A stretch of DNA of 64,000 nucleotides, taken from assembly GCF_009914755.1 (NCBI RefSeq), contig NC_060926.1. One strand, given 5' to 3'. Both the position numbers and the translations under genes were made by a program. Origin of the DNA: the human T2T-CHM13v2.0 reference genome, Homo sapiens. Positions 1-19,833 of this stretch are shown piece by piece. How positions within the stretch are numbered: the stretch's first letter is position 1; every line of letters begins with the position of its first letter. Under the pieces are notes generated by a model, which was given only the letters and a program-made list of their open reading frames with translations, did not search any database and was not told the DNA's origin.

Positions 1-770
1 ATAGACCAGACCTAATTTATTAAACTAAGTTTCTAATATAAACAGTAATTTGTTTCAGGCACTGACACTGCAGGTCTGGATTATGTGAACCAGATATAAA
101 GAACTGTATTTCCTTTTTGGAAAGTGTAGGTCTTTCGAACACTGAAAGAAAATAATCTAATATGTCATAATTGTAAATATGATGAAGATGGCCCGCCTTC
201 CTGAGCATGGGCTGATTCACACTCTGCATTTTAAATTTTCCAGAAGTTATTTTAAAAGTACTGAGGCATGGCTTATGAACTTCAAAGCACACCTGTGCAT
301 AATCCAAATGGATGAGAAAATGGTGAGGCTACTCGAAGAGGTTCAAGCTTTCAAGCACTTTAATCTGAGGTATATTTTAGTTTAAGTCATTGGTGAAAAC
401 ATTCTCACTATAAAATCAACTGTTTGATTAGAACAATATGAAGATTCCATTACTCTGTTGCATTATATTATAGACAAAGTTTGATGGAACAGGAATCTGG
501 TATTTACATATTAAAATACTCTGGACATTTGAAAAGGAATATGTACTAAATGTAGGTTCATTTCGAGACTTTTTAAGGTGTGTTTTAATTAGGCCGAGTA
601 AAATGTAGTTAGATTTTTAAGTGGATATATACTTTGTTGTTTGTGAAACACTAACATGTATTCTCACATACACCTAGTACCCATTCTTAAATTATTTATA
701 TGCTGCAAATTCCTACGTAAAGCAAGAAAGAATCTACAAGTTCTTACTTTGTTGTTGTTCTGAAGAGAGG

Positions 771-1573
<803 letters not shown>

Positions 1574-2415
1574 AAGGTAGGAATAAGAAATAGTATTAAT
1601 CTATTAGTAACACCTGAACAATAGATGTTAAGCATACAAGGAAAATCTACACAATATTATGTTATTACCCAGACAAGTCGGCTTTATCTTTCCATGACAC
1701 ATCTTATATAATGTAAATAAAAATATTTATAGCATAATAAATTTATGATAAGGTAAAATCCAATAGAAGCTGTGAAATAAAAGTAGACTGAAACATTTAG
1801 ATTATTTTTGTTGAGCTGACTATGCTGGTTAGTCACAAATAGGGTTAGTTTTCTCAAGCCATTTTGGCTTATGCAACTCTGATTTGACAAGTTATTGACT
1901 AAATACATCCAGTCAATGGATTGTTTTCATGTTTCAGAGAGACAATCTGAATTGTCCTCCTACCTACTCATCAAAGGCAATGTTACCTTGGTGTGGAGAA
2001 AATGAGAGAAACATGAGGGGGGGGTATGGGTCAGGGGAGGAAACAGTGAATATGATATAGATGGAACCAATTGTTGGGCACCGTGACTTATTTAGTGTTC
2101 CTCTCTTTTACTATATTGAGTGATAGGTACTTTCATTCTTGCTTGTAACATAATTTAAGTAACTTTCATTTTTTAAAGTTAGACTCTTAACATATAGCTT
2201 GAAAATATAATATATTGAATAGTCTTAAAAATACGTTGTCTTCTTAGTATGTGGCTTGTCCTTATTGAGAATGACATTGACCCATTTGAAGTGATGATTT
2301 GCTACCACATTTTAGTATTTTGGAATAATAGCTTCATAAAATTGTCTTCTTTGGTCAATAAATGTTGAAGCCCTACTAGAACTACAAGGAGCAGTACTAA
2401 TCCTGAGCACACTCC

Positions 2416-2804
2416 TTCTACGGTTTGAATGTTTGTTCCCTCTGTAATTCATGTCGAAATTTAATCCCCAGTGTGGCAGTATTGAGAGGTGGGGCCTTTA
2501 AGAGGTGATTGGGTTATGAGGGCTCTGCCTTCATCGCTAGATCAATGGATAAATGGATTAATAGGTTATCCAGGAGTGAGACTGGGGGCTTTATAAGAAG
2601 AAGAGGGACCTGAGCTAGCACACTCAGCCCCCTTGCCATGCGGCCTCAAGAGTCTGCAGGGAGTCCAGTAAGAAGGCCAGCAGCAGGTGCAGTCCCTCAA
2701 CCTTGGACTTCTCAGCTTCCATAACTATATGAAATAAATTCCTTTTCTTCATAAATTGCCCAGTTTCAGGTATTCTTGTAAGCAACAGAAAACAGACTAA
2801 GACA
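2416..2804 (+). mobile_element. MaLR solo LTR (MSTD-like)
   Basis: GGTTTGAATGTTTG..TTAATCCCCAGTGTGGCAGTATTGAGAGGTGGGGCC..AATAAATTCC..AGCAACAGAAAACAGACTAAGACA; near 5-bp TSD ACTCC/ACTTC. Confidence 0.85.
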
Positions 2805-5800
2805 ACTTCTATCTTTGAAAACATTTTAGAGGCGTAATAGAGATTCAGAAATTTTAGAAAAAACTGCTTTACTCATGGACACACTAATTCAGGGTGTATC
2901 TTTAAATAGAGAGATGATTTCATGATGAATAGCTGCAACTGTTACCAACCATACTCAAATAGCACTTGCTCCTTCTGTTAAATGTGTAATAGTGGTTCAC
3001 CTAGCCTTTGGTTTGACTCTGCCCACAAATGGGCTGTGTCCATGAAGTATGGTGTACCAAGTGAGAAGACTGAAAAACATACAAACAACGAAGAAAACCA
3101 AACCCAGTCTTATTTCATAGCTGCATAAGTTTTGGGATTTAGATGTGCACATTTACATAATGCAGGCAATTACTTGGGGAAGGCACATTAATTGCACATA
3201 GGTTCATAGCTCTTAAGACTAAAATTTGCTCTGTAGGGGTTATTACTCCTTTTTGTTTATGATAGCTTGTTTCTTTTGAATATAACTTTTTAGTATTGTC
3301 TTTGTATTGAAAAATTTGGCATAGTAGTGTCAATGTATAGGAAGGTTAATCTGGGATTTAAATCCGGAGTGGACTTAAAATGAGCTAATCTAAAACACCA
3401 GTTTTCTCAGTTGCCTCTCTGTGTGTCTCTTATCCCACCCAACATTCTCCTTCCCTTCAAAAAAGAGAAATAAGTGTTTAGAAAAATCATGTACTTGGAG
3501 TTGGATATTTAAGTTCTTCTGGATTTCCCGATTTTTACTTCCACTTTTGCCTTGGTTGGAATAATATAATTTATATGCTTCTGATTCATTCACACTGATT
3601 GCCATTTTGGACAAGACAGTGCTTCAGTTTCCTCATCTGTAGCAGTAAAATTTTGTGATTCTTAGAAGTTTGGATTCCTATTTATTGACTCAGGATCTTT
3701 GTTTTACATGATATAACACCTAGACTCAGAGGAATTTTTCACATTTCAATGGAAGGATTTCAATTACAGATTCATTTTTACTACTAAGTAGCTATATTGC
3801 TGCTTAATCCATGGAATTAGGTACACCAGTCCTGAATGTAGGTTGCTAATTAGAATAGCTTATTTCAGATATAGAGTTTTCTGTAACCAAGATATTGCAG
3901 ATGTAGAATCACACCTGCAAAGAAAAAAAAAAAGAATTTGAAAATATTCTGTGCATGTGTTTAGCAGTGAATTTGGTTAAAAATAAGTAAATTCTATAAA
4001 TTCACGATGGCTTTCTTATATTAGAATGCTTTTTATTTGAGTCTCTCTTTGCCACAGTGTTATTTCTGGTTTCAGTGTAAAACTTTAAAAGGAATTTTGA
4101 AAGTTTGGTGTTTGCATTGCTTGCTTCCTTTGAGAAAGGCAAAAGCAAAATGAGCTAATTTTTTAGGATTATAAAAAAGTTGTGTCTTTTGTAAGTTAAA
4201 TAAGCCTTTAACACATACAAGCTTTTAAAATGTATCCATTTTAGCTTGGTATTTAAAAGAATTTCCATTTAATTTTCAGACGTTATCTTTTTAAAATAAG
4301 AGAATAAAAAGTAGATACAAGTGTATTTTTAAGACCGTATGATTTTTTTCCCTTCATCTCATATAAAATGAAAAATCGTTATTGCCCATTGGTTGTTGCT
4401 TAGAACATGGAATGCAATCAACCTCAATGTGACTTTTTATCTGTGATTGTGTGCAACCAAGGGGGGTCTTAATTGGATTTTAATTGATTATTAACTTTTT
4501 GGTAGGACATAGAAAGCAGGTGTAAATGATAATACAGCAGCTTATTGACAAATTATATTTAAAAGCTCTGGGATTTGTCACATCAAAGAAGAAACTCAAA
4601 CAGCACATTATAAGCTAGAAAAAGAAAACATTATTCCAAAGGGTCTTTTTATGTAGTGTGGAGGGGATTAAATCTGATGTGTTAAATTTTTTAAATAAAT
4701 CTCCAGATTTGGCTTCAATAAAATTTTGACTTTATTTTCCCCTGATTCTTTTTCCATTCATGTTTTAGTTGGGATAATGTAATTGATGTATTTCTGATTC
4801 ATTCTTACAATAAACTGTGTATTTTTCCTTAAATCTATTATCCATGTTAAAAATTACTTTAATAGCTATATTTTTCTTACCAATGGCCATATTTTGTCAG
4901 TTAAGAAAGTATTTAACCAGCAAATTGATATGATATGCTAAGTGTTACAGAGTTGCTATCAAGTCACACTACAGTCTGAGTGTAGAAAATTGTAATATGG
5001 GCTCATCACTGGTGGGTCTGCTTTTCAACCTCAGTGGTGGAATACCAGGCACAGGTGTGGATTTCAGCACCTTAATCTGTCTCCACCTCACATGATCTCT
5101 AGGGTCAAAAGCCTGGGACACTACGTAGTTGCTTTGTGTTTCCTGGAAAGGACCTCGTAAAAGCAGGCCATTTTTTTCTTTATGCATTCTCTGGCCAACT
5201 CTTATACTACTTGAACTTGCCCATCCTGTGTACTTGGGACCCTTGGGATGTGTTTCAAATTTATTTTCACAGTGAATTGCTCCCTTACCCCACAGAACAT
5301 GCTTCCTGAACTCTGGGAACACCACACCGGGAAATACTTTGAGTAAATGGTGGTTATGGAGATGAGAGTGGCATAGGGACTGGTGAGGTTTACTTCTTTG
5401 CATAAGATCAGATGTAGGAAGTGGATTATCTTTCTAATTTTTAATGCTATTCCCAAGAGGTATAGCTTATAAGATGACATTACATTTATTGTAAATTAAA
5501 AAATGGAATAGGAAGAATAAAGAAAATTTTGGCTCTGTATCTTTTTGCTTATGCATTAATATTTTGTAACTGGTGTCTCTGAAATCTTTGAAAGCAACCA
5601 ATGTGGCAGTTATCTTCTGGAAAGAGGAGAGGGAGAGGAATATGACCTTATAAGAGTAATGACAATGAGCACAATTCTTCCCTGCTTGGAGTGAGACAGA
5701 TGGCTGTTTTGGTTGCTCCAAAGCAGAGAAGAAAGGCTTAATTTTCCCCACTGCATTAAACATAGGGAAGAAGACAGGAGTGGAAAATAACCAAGTTATA

Positions 5801-5954
5801 ATATTGATGGATTCTAACCCCTACTCCAACAATGAATTTTCCTGGGCCCATGCCCAGAACACTGCAAACACTATAACAGTGGTATAATAGTTTCTACACA
5901 TAGACCCAGCATCTCTCATGCTCCTGGCACTTACGTATCCAGTACACCTAAAGT

Positions 5955-6230
5955 TCGGGGTCAGCAAATTCAAATGCCCCCAAGGGTCCAAGCAGTTAAT
6001 TTGAGTCATGTCTTGGGTGCGAACTGTGGCCATGTGGGGAACACAAGCCATTTCTTAACTGGATTCCGATGACAGCCATTTTTTTTTTTTGCCAAATAGG
6101 AATATAAGCCTACTGTTACCAGATATTCCAGTTTTCAAGGGAAACCACAAGTTTGGATTTTCATGCAAAAGATGGACATTTTAATGTGAAATCTAACAAT
6201 TTTTAAATGTTGGCAACCGAATACAATTTA
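5955..6230. mobile_element. Old hAT-Charlie-type non-autonomous DNA transposon (MER103-like)
   Basis: CAGCAAATTCAAATGCC..GTTACCAGATATTCCAGTTTTCAAGGGAAACC..TGGATTTT..ATGTGAAATCT resembles the MER103C consensus from memory. Confidence 0.45.
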
Positions 6231-6493
6231 AAAAAAAAAACGATAAAAAGGACTCACCTATCAGATTGGAGCAGTGAGTTTGATATATCAGACATATGTA
6301 TAGTCTTGGCTGCTAGCAGTGCTAATAATAGTAGTAACCAATGTTATTCTCCTAATGTGCAATTTGTGCCCTGCTGAGAGGGAGAAGTATAATCATAGGC
6401 ATATTCACTAAGGCAACCTATGTGCTTGAAAACATACATGGACAGTTTTTGTTCATATCCATAAAAGGAGATAATTCAACCAAATCTTTTAGA

Positions 6494-7091
6494 TTTTTTT
6501 TATTATACTTTAAGTTCCAGGGTACAAGTGCACAACGTGCAGGTTTGTTACGTACGTATACATATGCCATGTTGGTGTGCTGTACCCATTAACTTGTCAT
6601 TTACATTAGGTATATCTCTTAATGCTATCCCTCCCTCCTCCCCCCATCCCACAACATGCCCCGGTGTGTGATGTTCCCCTTCCTGTGTCCAAGTGTTCTC
6701 ATTGTTCAATTCCTACCTATGAGTGAGAACATGCGGTGTTTGGTTTTTTGTCCCTGTGATAGTTTGCTGAGAATGATGGCTTCCAGCTTCATCCATGTCC
6801 CTACAAAGGACATGAACCCATCCTTTCTTATGGCTGCATAGTATTCCATGGTATGTATGTGCCACATTTTCTTAATCAGTCTATCATTGATGGACATTTG
6901 GGTTGGTTCCAAGTCTTTGCTATTGTGAATAGTGCCACAATAAACATACGTGTTCATGTGTCTTTATAGCAGCATGATTTATAATCCTTTGGGTATATAG
7001 CCAGTAATGGGATGGCTGGGTCAAATGGTATTTCTAGTTCTAGATCCTTGAGGAATCGCCACACTGTCTTCCACAATGGTTGAACCAGTTT
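6494..7091 (-). mobile_element. 5'-truncated L1 (L1PA4-6-like), 3' UTR and ORF2 C-terminus
   Basis: poly-T then TATTATACTTTAAGTT; ORF 6706..6957 contains KKMWHIHTMEYYAAI..GTWMKLE; degenerate TSD TTTAGA(T/C)TTT at 6488 and 7089. Confidence 0.95.
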
Positions 7092-7250
7092 AGACTTTTA
7101 ATACCCAGAGTTAGCAATAGTAGCTCTTGGTATTTCAGTATATACTTTTATTCATTGAAATATTCGTGTTTTTGTTAGAATAATACCATTATTTGGTATT
7201 AATAATCTAAAACTTGAGGCATTTACATTTTAAGGCATACCTGGAATTAA

Positions 7251-7581
7251 TTTTTTTTGTTTGTTTTTTGAAAAAGGGTTCTGCTCTATCACCCAGGCTG
7301 GAGTGCAGTGGCACAATCTCAGTTCATTGCAACCCCTGCCTCCAGGGCTCAAACAGAGGTTGATCCTCTCATATCAGCCTCCCATGTAGCCGGGATTACA
7401 GGTGTGCACCACTATGCCTGGCTAATTTTTGTATATATATGTATTTTTGTGTGTGTCGGGGGGTAAAAACGGAGTTTTACCATGTTGTCCAGGCTGGTCT
7501 TAAACTTCTGGGCTCAAGCAGTCTGCTCACCTCAACCTCCTAAAGTGATGGGATTACAGGCATGAGCCACCGTGCCCAGCT
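7251..7581 (-). mobile_element. Alu SINE, AluJ-like
   Basis: Dimeric Alu, CCCAGGCTGGAGTGCAGTGG..GGGCTCAAGCAGTC..GGATTACAGGCATGAGCCACC. Confidence 0.92.
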
Positions 7582-7988
7582 GAAATTTTTTGAATCAAAT
7601 AAAGTCTAGAAAGTGTTTTTCTGTATTGCCATAACCCTGATAAGAAGGAAAAAATATGACAATTATTGAAAACCTTTTGTAACAAAATGTATACAGTCAC
7701 ACTCTACTTCAAAGATTTTCTAAACAACTAGCATATGTGACTCCATTAAATTATACAAATAACACTGCATCAAAATCTCTACCTAAGATGATAAAACCAT
7801 TGACAACAAGGTTAAACTGGAAAAGATTTTTTGTTTGGTGCTAAATTATATCTTGATATTGATAAAATGTTGGCAATAGTAGTACAAGTATTTCAGTATT
7901 AAGTAAAATACATAGTGACTATGATACTGTCATTTTGCTTTGTATTACAGTCACTGTGGGCACTAAGTCTGACTACAAGAATAAATGG

Positions 7989-8341
<353 letters not shown>

Positions 8342-10440
8342 TTAGTAATATGATATTTTTCCTTATTTATCTTTTCTTTCTAGTGATCTTACATACACAT
8401 ATTTCTTCCTAAATAAACTGACAAACTTTCACCTAAATGGCTTATTGAAGATCAATACTCTAATTAGCTTTCCTAAACCTTACTAACATTTTTGCAAATT
8501 CTATTTCCCTAGACGTGTTTTCTCATGATCTTCTACCTGAATAATTGAAATACATCTAAAGTGTATTTTTGTATGAATGTGTCTTAATCTCCAGCAGTTG
8601 GTTTTCTTCTTGTAATTCACACAAAATTGTCATTTTTCCCCAAAATATTACTTGCTATTTTAGATGATGAGAACAATAGGTGATACCAAACAGTGCTAAT
8701 ATGCTTTGTAAAACTGAAATGAATACAATGAAGGATGCTACTAAAAAGATAGTATTCATTAGGGATAGAATGCCATTTCATTTGTGAGAGTAGAAAAAAA
8801 AAAAGGCTAAATCTTGACACAGACAGATTCCAGGCTTTCTAACTGCCATTTGGCTGCTCCATCGCAATGCTCCATACTATCACCTTTGTCTTTGAACTAG
8901 AGAGCTCACTCACAGCAGCTTTGCTTAGCTCATGGATGTGTGCTAGCACTTGCTGAAGGGGGACAGAATGTTTGATATTTTTGAATAGATTCCAGTGGTT
9001 GTGAATGCTCCATTCTGCTTTTATAGAGGTTATTAAATTTTGTAATATACTTTATGCATCTGCAGTATATTCATGATTTTGCTTAAAAACAATAGCATTG
9101 TTTACAGCTGAAGTAGAAAAACTGAGTTCAAAATAAAGAGCTCTTGTTATATAGAATATACAAAGGCAACTACTGCTGTGATTTTTTTTTCCCCTCAAAC
9201 TTGAAAAACCCGAAGGGTTGCATCTGAATTTTTACAGCAAAGTGATACTGAGCAAAAACTAGGAAACTGCAACCATTTTACTCTATCAGTGCATGAAAGT
9301 TACATTAAGTCCAATAGAAGTGTTTAAATAAAAAGAGACAACCTAAATATGCCAGGCCAAATTATCTATTAGCACTGTATTCTTTATATATGCAAATGAA
9401 ACCCATCTGAAACTATTTGATCTCAGCATTGCTAATAAACAGCCAATGGATCTAATTATTTAACATTTACAATGATATTGTAGGAATAAATTTTCTCATA
9501 ATAATTTTTATAAACTGTATCCTTTGATCTAAGATCTTTAATGACACTGAAGTAATCATTTGTCATTGTTGGGCAGCCACAAAATATGCAGAGACTGAGC
9601 TAGACTGTGTGCAGCTCACCAAGAGTTTATGCCTACTGGGAGTACATGCATTTTGGTTTTGATATATGTGAATGATATATTACAGACACAAACTACTGTG
9701 TATTGATGATAGTGTTCTCAGGGAAAAGGTGGGCACCTGTATTACAAAGAGCAGAGATAAATGGTGGCTATTTTTATAGATATAAAGATCTTTCAATTTT
9801 CTCAAATGATATTAAAATACACTGCATGAAAATAGCCACTTTATGAATATTTAAAAAAATACTATATGTGTATCCAATCTACTCCTGAGGTGATATACAG
9901 GGAAAAATGTTCTGAGGATTTGAAATAAAAAATTATCTTCCTGGCTCTGCCAAATGCTTGATATATGACCTTGGACATGGCGAAGGGCAGTGACAATTAC
10001 AACAGAAATACCCAGAGTGTTGCAGGTTATATTGTTGCTCTGAAAGGTCAAAGGTTGCTATATCTGGGTAAGTCAGGACAAAAGGAGGCAGCACATTCCA
10101 CTTGCAGATGAGCATGGAATTGAGGGGAAACAAAATTCCTTGTTTTCTCTAGTTAGAATGGAGGCTTCTGCTTGAAAAGCCCTAACCCTGTATATAAAGT
10201 TTGGAAATTTGTTCTATCAGACTTAAAATAAGGGTTTGACCATGTAAATCTCTGAGGTCTCTCTGAGTTCTAAAACTTGATAACCGTCTTTTCCATTTAA
10301 ATAAATTTCAGGGTTTTTTTTTGGCATTCTACTGTTTATTGGAGCAAACATCAAATGCCATTTTGAAATCTTCCTCTTTTTTGACCAGTCGTGGAGAGGC
10401 ACTGATTTTTCTTCAGTATCTGTTCTGCAACTTGGTATAG

Positions 10441-10916
<476 letters not shown>

Positions 10917-11167
10917 GTGAATATTTCATTTAAAATATAATTGTTTTAAATGATTTTTGTAATAGGACTGAAATGTATAAATTTTAATGTTACAAATATA
11001 AAATGAATATTTTTGACTGTGAAGAAGGGATGAATGACTGACAAGTTGGTATGTTAGGGTATTTTAAAAGTCATATATTTTAGATGAGTTAGGACTTTAC
11101 AGAAGTGAAGAAGGTTATATGTTTCTTTTCATTGATAGAATACAACCGTTTAAAATTAATACTTTTG

Positions 11168-11612
<445 letters not shown>

Positions 11613-12169
11613 TCATTCTGTGGAAAATAATGTGCAGGGAACTAGGGTAGGTAAGATGGGGTGATAGAAAACAGTCAAGGTTAAGATACTGGCTATGGTC
11701 AGTGTTTTGAGAGACAATTGAGAATGCTTTATCTCTTTTTTTGCTTATAACTTCTCTCTTCTTTTGTACTTTATAACTGTTTTATTTAGCAAACAGATTC
11801 TAGTGGGCATTTTAAAGATACAGTTTATGATACAAGATGTAACATCATAAGACTGACTTTAAAAATAAATGGACTTTTGAATAACTAGAAATTATTAATT
11901 ACACACACCTAAGTGATATATAAGTAGACATACAGGAAATAGATGGCTTGCTTTGATGATTATTTTCTTTTACAAAACTTACTAATTAAAAGTAGAGTAT
12001 TCTTAGATCGTTGATGACAAAGTATTAAAGAGGACATTTAATTTTTCTCTTATCCATGTGATATTTGGTGTCCTCTGCAAATCTGGGGTAGAGGGTGTCA
12101 GGTATAGATAGAGACTTTTTGATGGAGCATTCAGAAGCATGAACTGCTAATGGAAACTAAACTATGATT

Positions 12170-12305
12170 CAGAGAGCTTGAGCTTTAGACTTTTCCATTT
12201 ATATGCCCTTTGATCTAAACTTTTCTGAACTTTTTTCTTTCATAAAAATGGAAATGTTAATTCTCACTTTGCATGTGTCACAACATTGCTGTATATAGAT
12301 GAATA
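12170..12305 (+). mobile_element. MIR fragment
   Basis: Degenerate MIR core CTAAACTTTTCTGAAC..TTTCATAAAAATGGAAATGTTAAT. Confidence 0.4.
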
Positions 12306-12505
12306 CACAGTGAAATATACATATAAGATGCTATTTGATATTATACTTATATGATAGTGTATAATAGTGTACAATCTGTACAATCAGATGGTGTATTGAA
12401 TATTCTCTAAAAACTTGTAAAATACTATGTTAAGAGTTATAATGAAGAAATAACTTGTATCTATTTCTCCAGGCATTTTTGACTTGTTAGAAAAATAAAT
12501 TCATA

Positions 12506-12918
<413 letters not shown>

Positions 12919-13457
12919 CTAGGCCTGGCTAATCTGCGTATACAGGTTGTTATAAACCAGATGTAGCTAGACCTAGGGATATGGCATGAGGAAGTCTAGA
13001 CCATGAGGAAAGGGTAAAAATTTTATCCCTTCCATCCTTAGAGAAATGTGGGAAGAAGAAAAAAAAGTCAAGTAGAATGAGAAAAATCACACAGCAAAGT
13101 CTTCATCCCTCTGTCATGAAGCTTAATCTTGCACCAGGGCAAAGAATTGTAGAATCATTTAAACTTCCTTACTCTTGATATGGGAGCAACAAGAGATGGA
13201 AGAGGAGATGTCAACTATCCATTAAAAAATATTTTCTGAAGGAGGTTAAATATTAATACAAAGGGCCAGAGTCATATTGTCTCCACTACCTCCTCATCTT
13301 ATCTTCATCTAACAGGGTAAAGACTTATGAGAAAGATAAATTTGTAACAGAAAAAAGAAATCTAAAGTAATATGAGAAAATGTGTTTCTCTTCTACAAAT
13401 GTATTTGTTTCATTATTATACCATTTCATGATGTGTTATCTTGTCAGATGTTCCTTT

Positions 13458-16762
<3,305 letters not shown>

Positions 16763-16784
16763 TTGTCACATGTTACTTTTAATA

Positions 16785-16975
16785 AATATTAATCTAGTGT
16801 TTATTATGTGGTAGGTATGGTTCTAAGTGCTTTCAAATGCTAATTCATTTAATCCTCATGATAACCCTATGTGTCCTTTTTTTTCCAAGTGAGAAAATAG
16901 AGACACAAAGTCAGCTCAGTAAAAGTCATTCCAATTCAGAAAATCAGGCCTCAGAATACATATTTCCTACAAACC
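16785..16975 (-). mobile_element. MIR
   Basis: GTTCTAAGTGCTTTC..TCATTTAATCCTCATGATAACCCTATG..GTGAGAAAATAGAGAC (reverse MIR core). Confidence 0.75.
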
Positions 16976-17074
16976 ATTATGTTTGTTATGGTCTTAAACT
17001 CACAACCCTGAGTTTGAGGTGCTAGGAAATGCATAATATTTGCCCCAAAGGGCAGGCATTAAAGTTCACCTACT

Positions 17075-17250
17075 AAAAGCTAAAAGAGAGAATCTTAAAT
17101 GTTCTCATCACAAAGAAATAGTACATATTTGAGGTGGATATGCTAATTACTCTGATTTGGTCATTTCATAATGCATACACATATTAAAATGTCACTTTGT
17201 ACCCCATAAATACATAACTATTATCAATTAAAAATAAAAGTAAAAAGAAA
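17075..17250 (+). mobile_element. L1MA-type 3' end fragment
   Basis: AAATGTTCTCATCACAAAGAAAT..TTTGAGGTGGATATGCTAATTAC..GTACCCCATAAATAC followed by an A-rich tail. Confidence 0.8.
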
Positions 17251-18720
17251 ACATATTACTTACTGCATGTACATTTTTCTTAGAATGTATGTGACTTTTA
17301 AGCTATTGTAAATTTTCATTTGGTGATGTTACCAAGTTTTGCTTTGATTTTAATTGTTTACCTAGAAGCTATCATGAGACATAAAATATATTTTCTTGTA
17401 TTCCATAAATTAACATGGAATGACAACAAAAGGCTATTTCTCCAGAGTTAGAAACTTCCATTTGAAGAAAGATACATGTTTGAAAACACAAATGTGTCAA
17501 AGTTCCCATATTGCCTTAACCCTGTAATCATTTATACATAAGAATATTTTAAACATTGTGAACATAATTTTTATCAGGTTATATAAAAAATAATATCCAA
17601 TACAAAAGAGTTTAAAGTGTTTTAAGCTTACAAAGTTGGTGCCTGGTTGCTCATCCAGAAGAAAGCAATATTCACAAATATGAAAAATTTAAGAACATTT
17701 TGACAATGATATAATTCTCCGTATCTGCTTTTGTCAGAATCGACTGAATTGTCTGTGCAGGGAGAAGTCTGACTCCATAAGCTGTATCTTTTTCTGTCAA
17801 AGAAGTGTGGTTCATCAAACTTGGTGGATAAATGGATAACAAATTACTGAGATGGTCAAATCTTAGATAAGAAACATTTCTTCTCTATAATGCTGACATT
17901 CTCTATATAACCCCAGTTGTAACAACACAGTCATAAAAAAGAGTTATAATATTTGAAATCACTTGTGTTAAAATTTCATGTCTTTGCACTTTATTTTGAA
18001 GTATGATCAAAATAATATTATACCAATATGTAATACTTATTATTAAATATACAAAGATATATTCATCTGAGACATGGTATTCATTATTTTCTTGTTAAAC
18101 AGTAATTTCTTCTTTTCAGCCAGCTTCTTTTTAGCTTTTGTGAATTAAAAGGCATTTACTTGGTTGCTAATCCCTAATAACAATAATTATACCTTAGGCT
18201 AACAGTAGGTGGGTAGACTTGAGAATGTAATTTTTTCCCTTATGTTTCCAAGTATCAAAATAAAGGTTTAATAGTCACTTTAAATAGACTTAAAATGACA
18301 AAATATGGTCTGATATTTAATCTCTTTATGTATACGATTATAATAGAAAGACTCAGTGAGTCTAGAGTATGAGGACATTTTTGCAGAAGGTGGATATTTC
18401 TTTACAAAGGAGTAATAGGCAGATGGCCCTAGGTTTAAATGAGACTAAATTCTAAGACAGATGACACAGTGGACAGAGAGATGCACTTCACTGAGAGCAA
18501 GTGCTGTAGGATAACATGATTGCTGGATTTCACATCCCTTCTGACTGAGGACACAACAGAGGCTCTACAAACTCATTAATGAAATCACTGTGTCAGAGTA
18601 ACTGTGCAGCTACCTCCCAGCAGTGTCTTGCAGACCCACTGCTTATATACATATCATTTGTAAGGATAAGCTGTAAAATGGAATCTGCTCTTTGAAGTTC
18701 ATTCTTTTTTTTCCTGTTTT

Positions 18721-19041
<321 letters not shown>

Positions 19042-19657
19042 TTTAATTTATTTTTTTTAGATGAAGTCTTGCTGTGTCACCCAGGCTGGAGTGCAGTGGC
19101 ATGATCTGGGCTCAGTGCAACGTCCACCTCTCAGGTTCAAGTGATTCTCTTGCTTCCACCTCCCGAGTAAGCTGGGACTACAGGCTTGTGCTACCACACC
19201 TGGCTAATTTTTGTATTTTTAGTAGAGATGGGGTTTCACCATGTTGGCTAGGATGGTCTCAAACTCCTGCCCTTAACATTTTTTCCTTCATTTCAACTTT
19301 GGTGAATCTGACAATTATGTGTCTTGGAGTTGCTCTTCTCGAGGAGTATCTTTTTGGCGTTCTCTGTATTTCCTTGCTAGATTGGGGATGTTCTCCTGGA
19401 TAACATCCTGCAGAGTGTTTTCCAACTTGGTTCCATTCTCCCCGTCACTTTCAGGTATACCAATCAGACGTACATTTGGTCTTTTCACATAGTCCCATAT
19501 TTCTTGGAGGCTTTGTTCGTTTCTTTTTATTCTTTTTTCTCTAAACTTCCCTTCCCACTTCATTTCATTCATTTCATCAAACTCCTGACCTCAGGTGATC
19601 CACTTGCCTCGGCCTCCCAAAGTGCTGGGATTACAGGCGTAAGCCACCACACCTGGC
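19042..19657 (-). mobile_element. Alu SINE (AluSx-like) split in its left arm by an L1 ORF1 fragment
   Basis: Right arm and linker 19042-19269; left arm resumes TCAAACTCCTGACCTCAGGTGATCC at 19577. Confidence 0.93.
19270..19576 (-). mobile_element. Internal L1PA ORF1 fragment without poly-A tail
   Basis: Translates MNEMKWEGKFREKRIKRNEQSLQEIWDYVKRPN..ENGTKLENTLQD (L1 ORF1p); flanked by a TCAAACTCCTG duplication. Confidence 0.95.
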
Positions 19658-19833
19658 ATTTTCTCTTGTTTTCTAAAATATTTGACTTACATGAGAATTC
19701 AGAGTATGCTTTTTCATACATAAGGCATTGCATAAGATTTGCAGGGACTCTGATGAGGACAAGACACTGGCCTTACTCACCTTCAATATATTGATGTCAG
19801 GAGGAAGAATAAGACAAGTAACCATAGCACTAG

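Noticed and set aside
4969-5403. 144-aa ORF in unique sequence
   Set aside because: Non-ATG start, no recognisable domain, length compatible with chance
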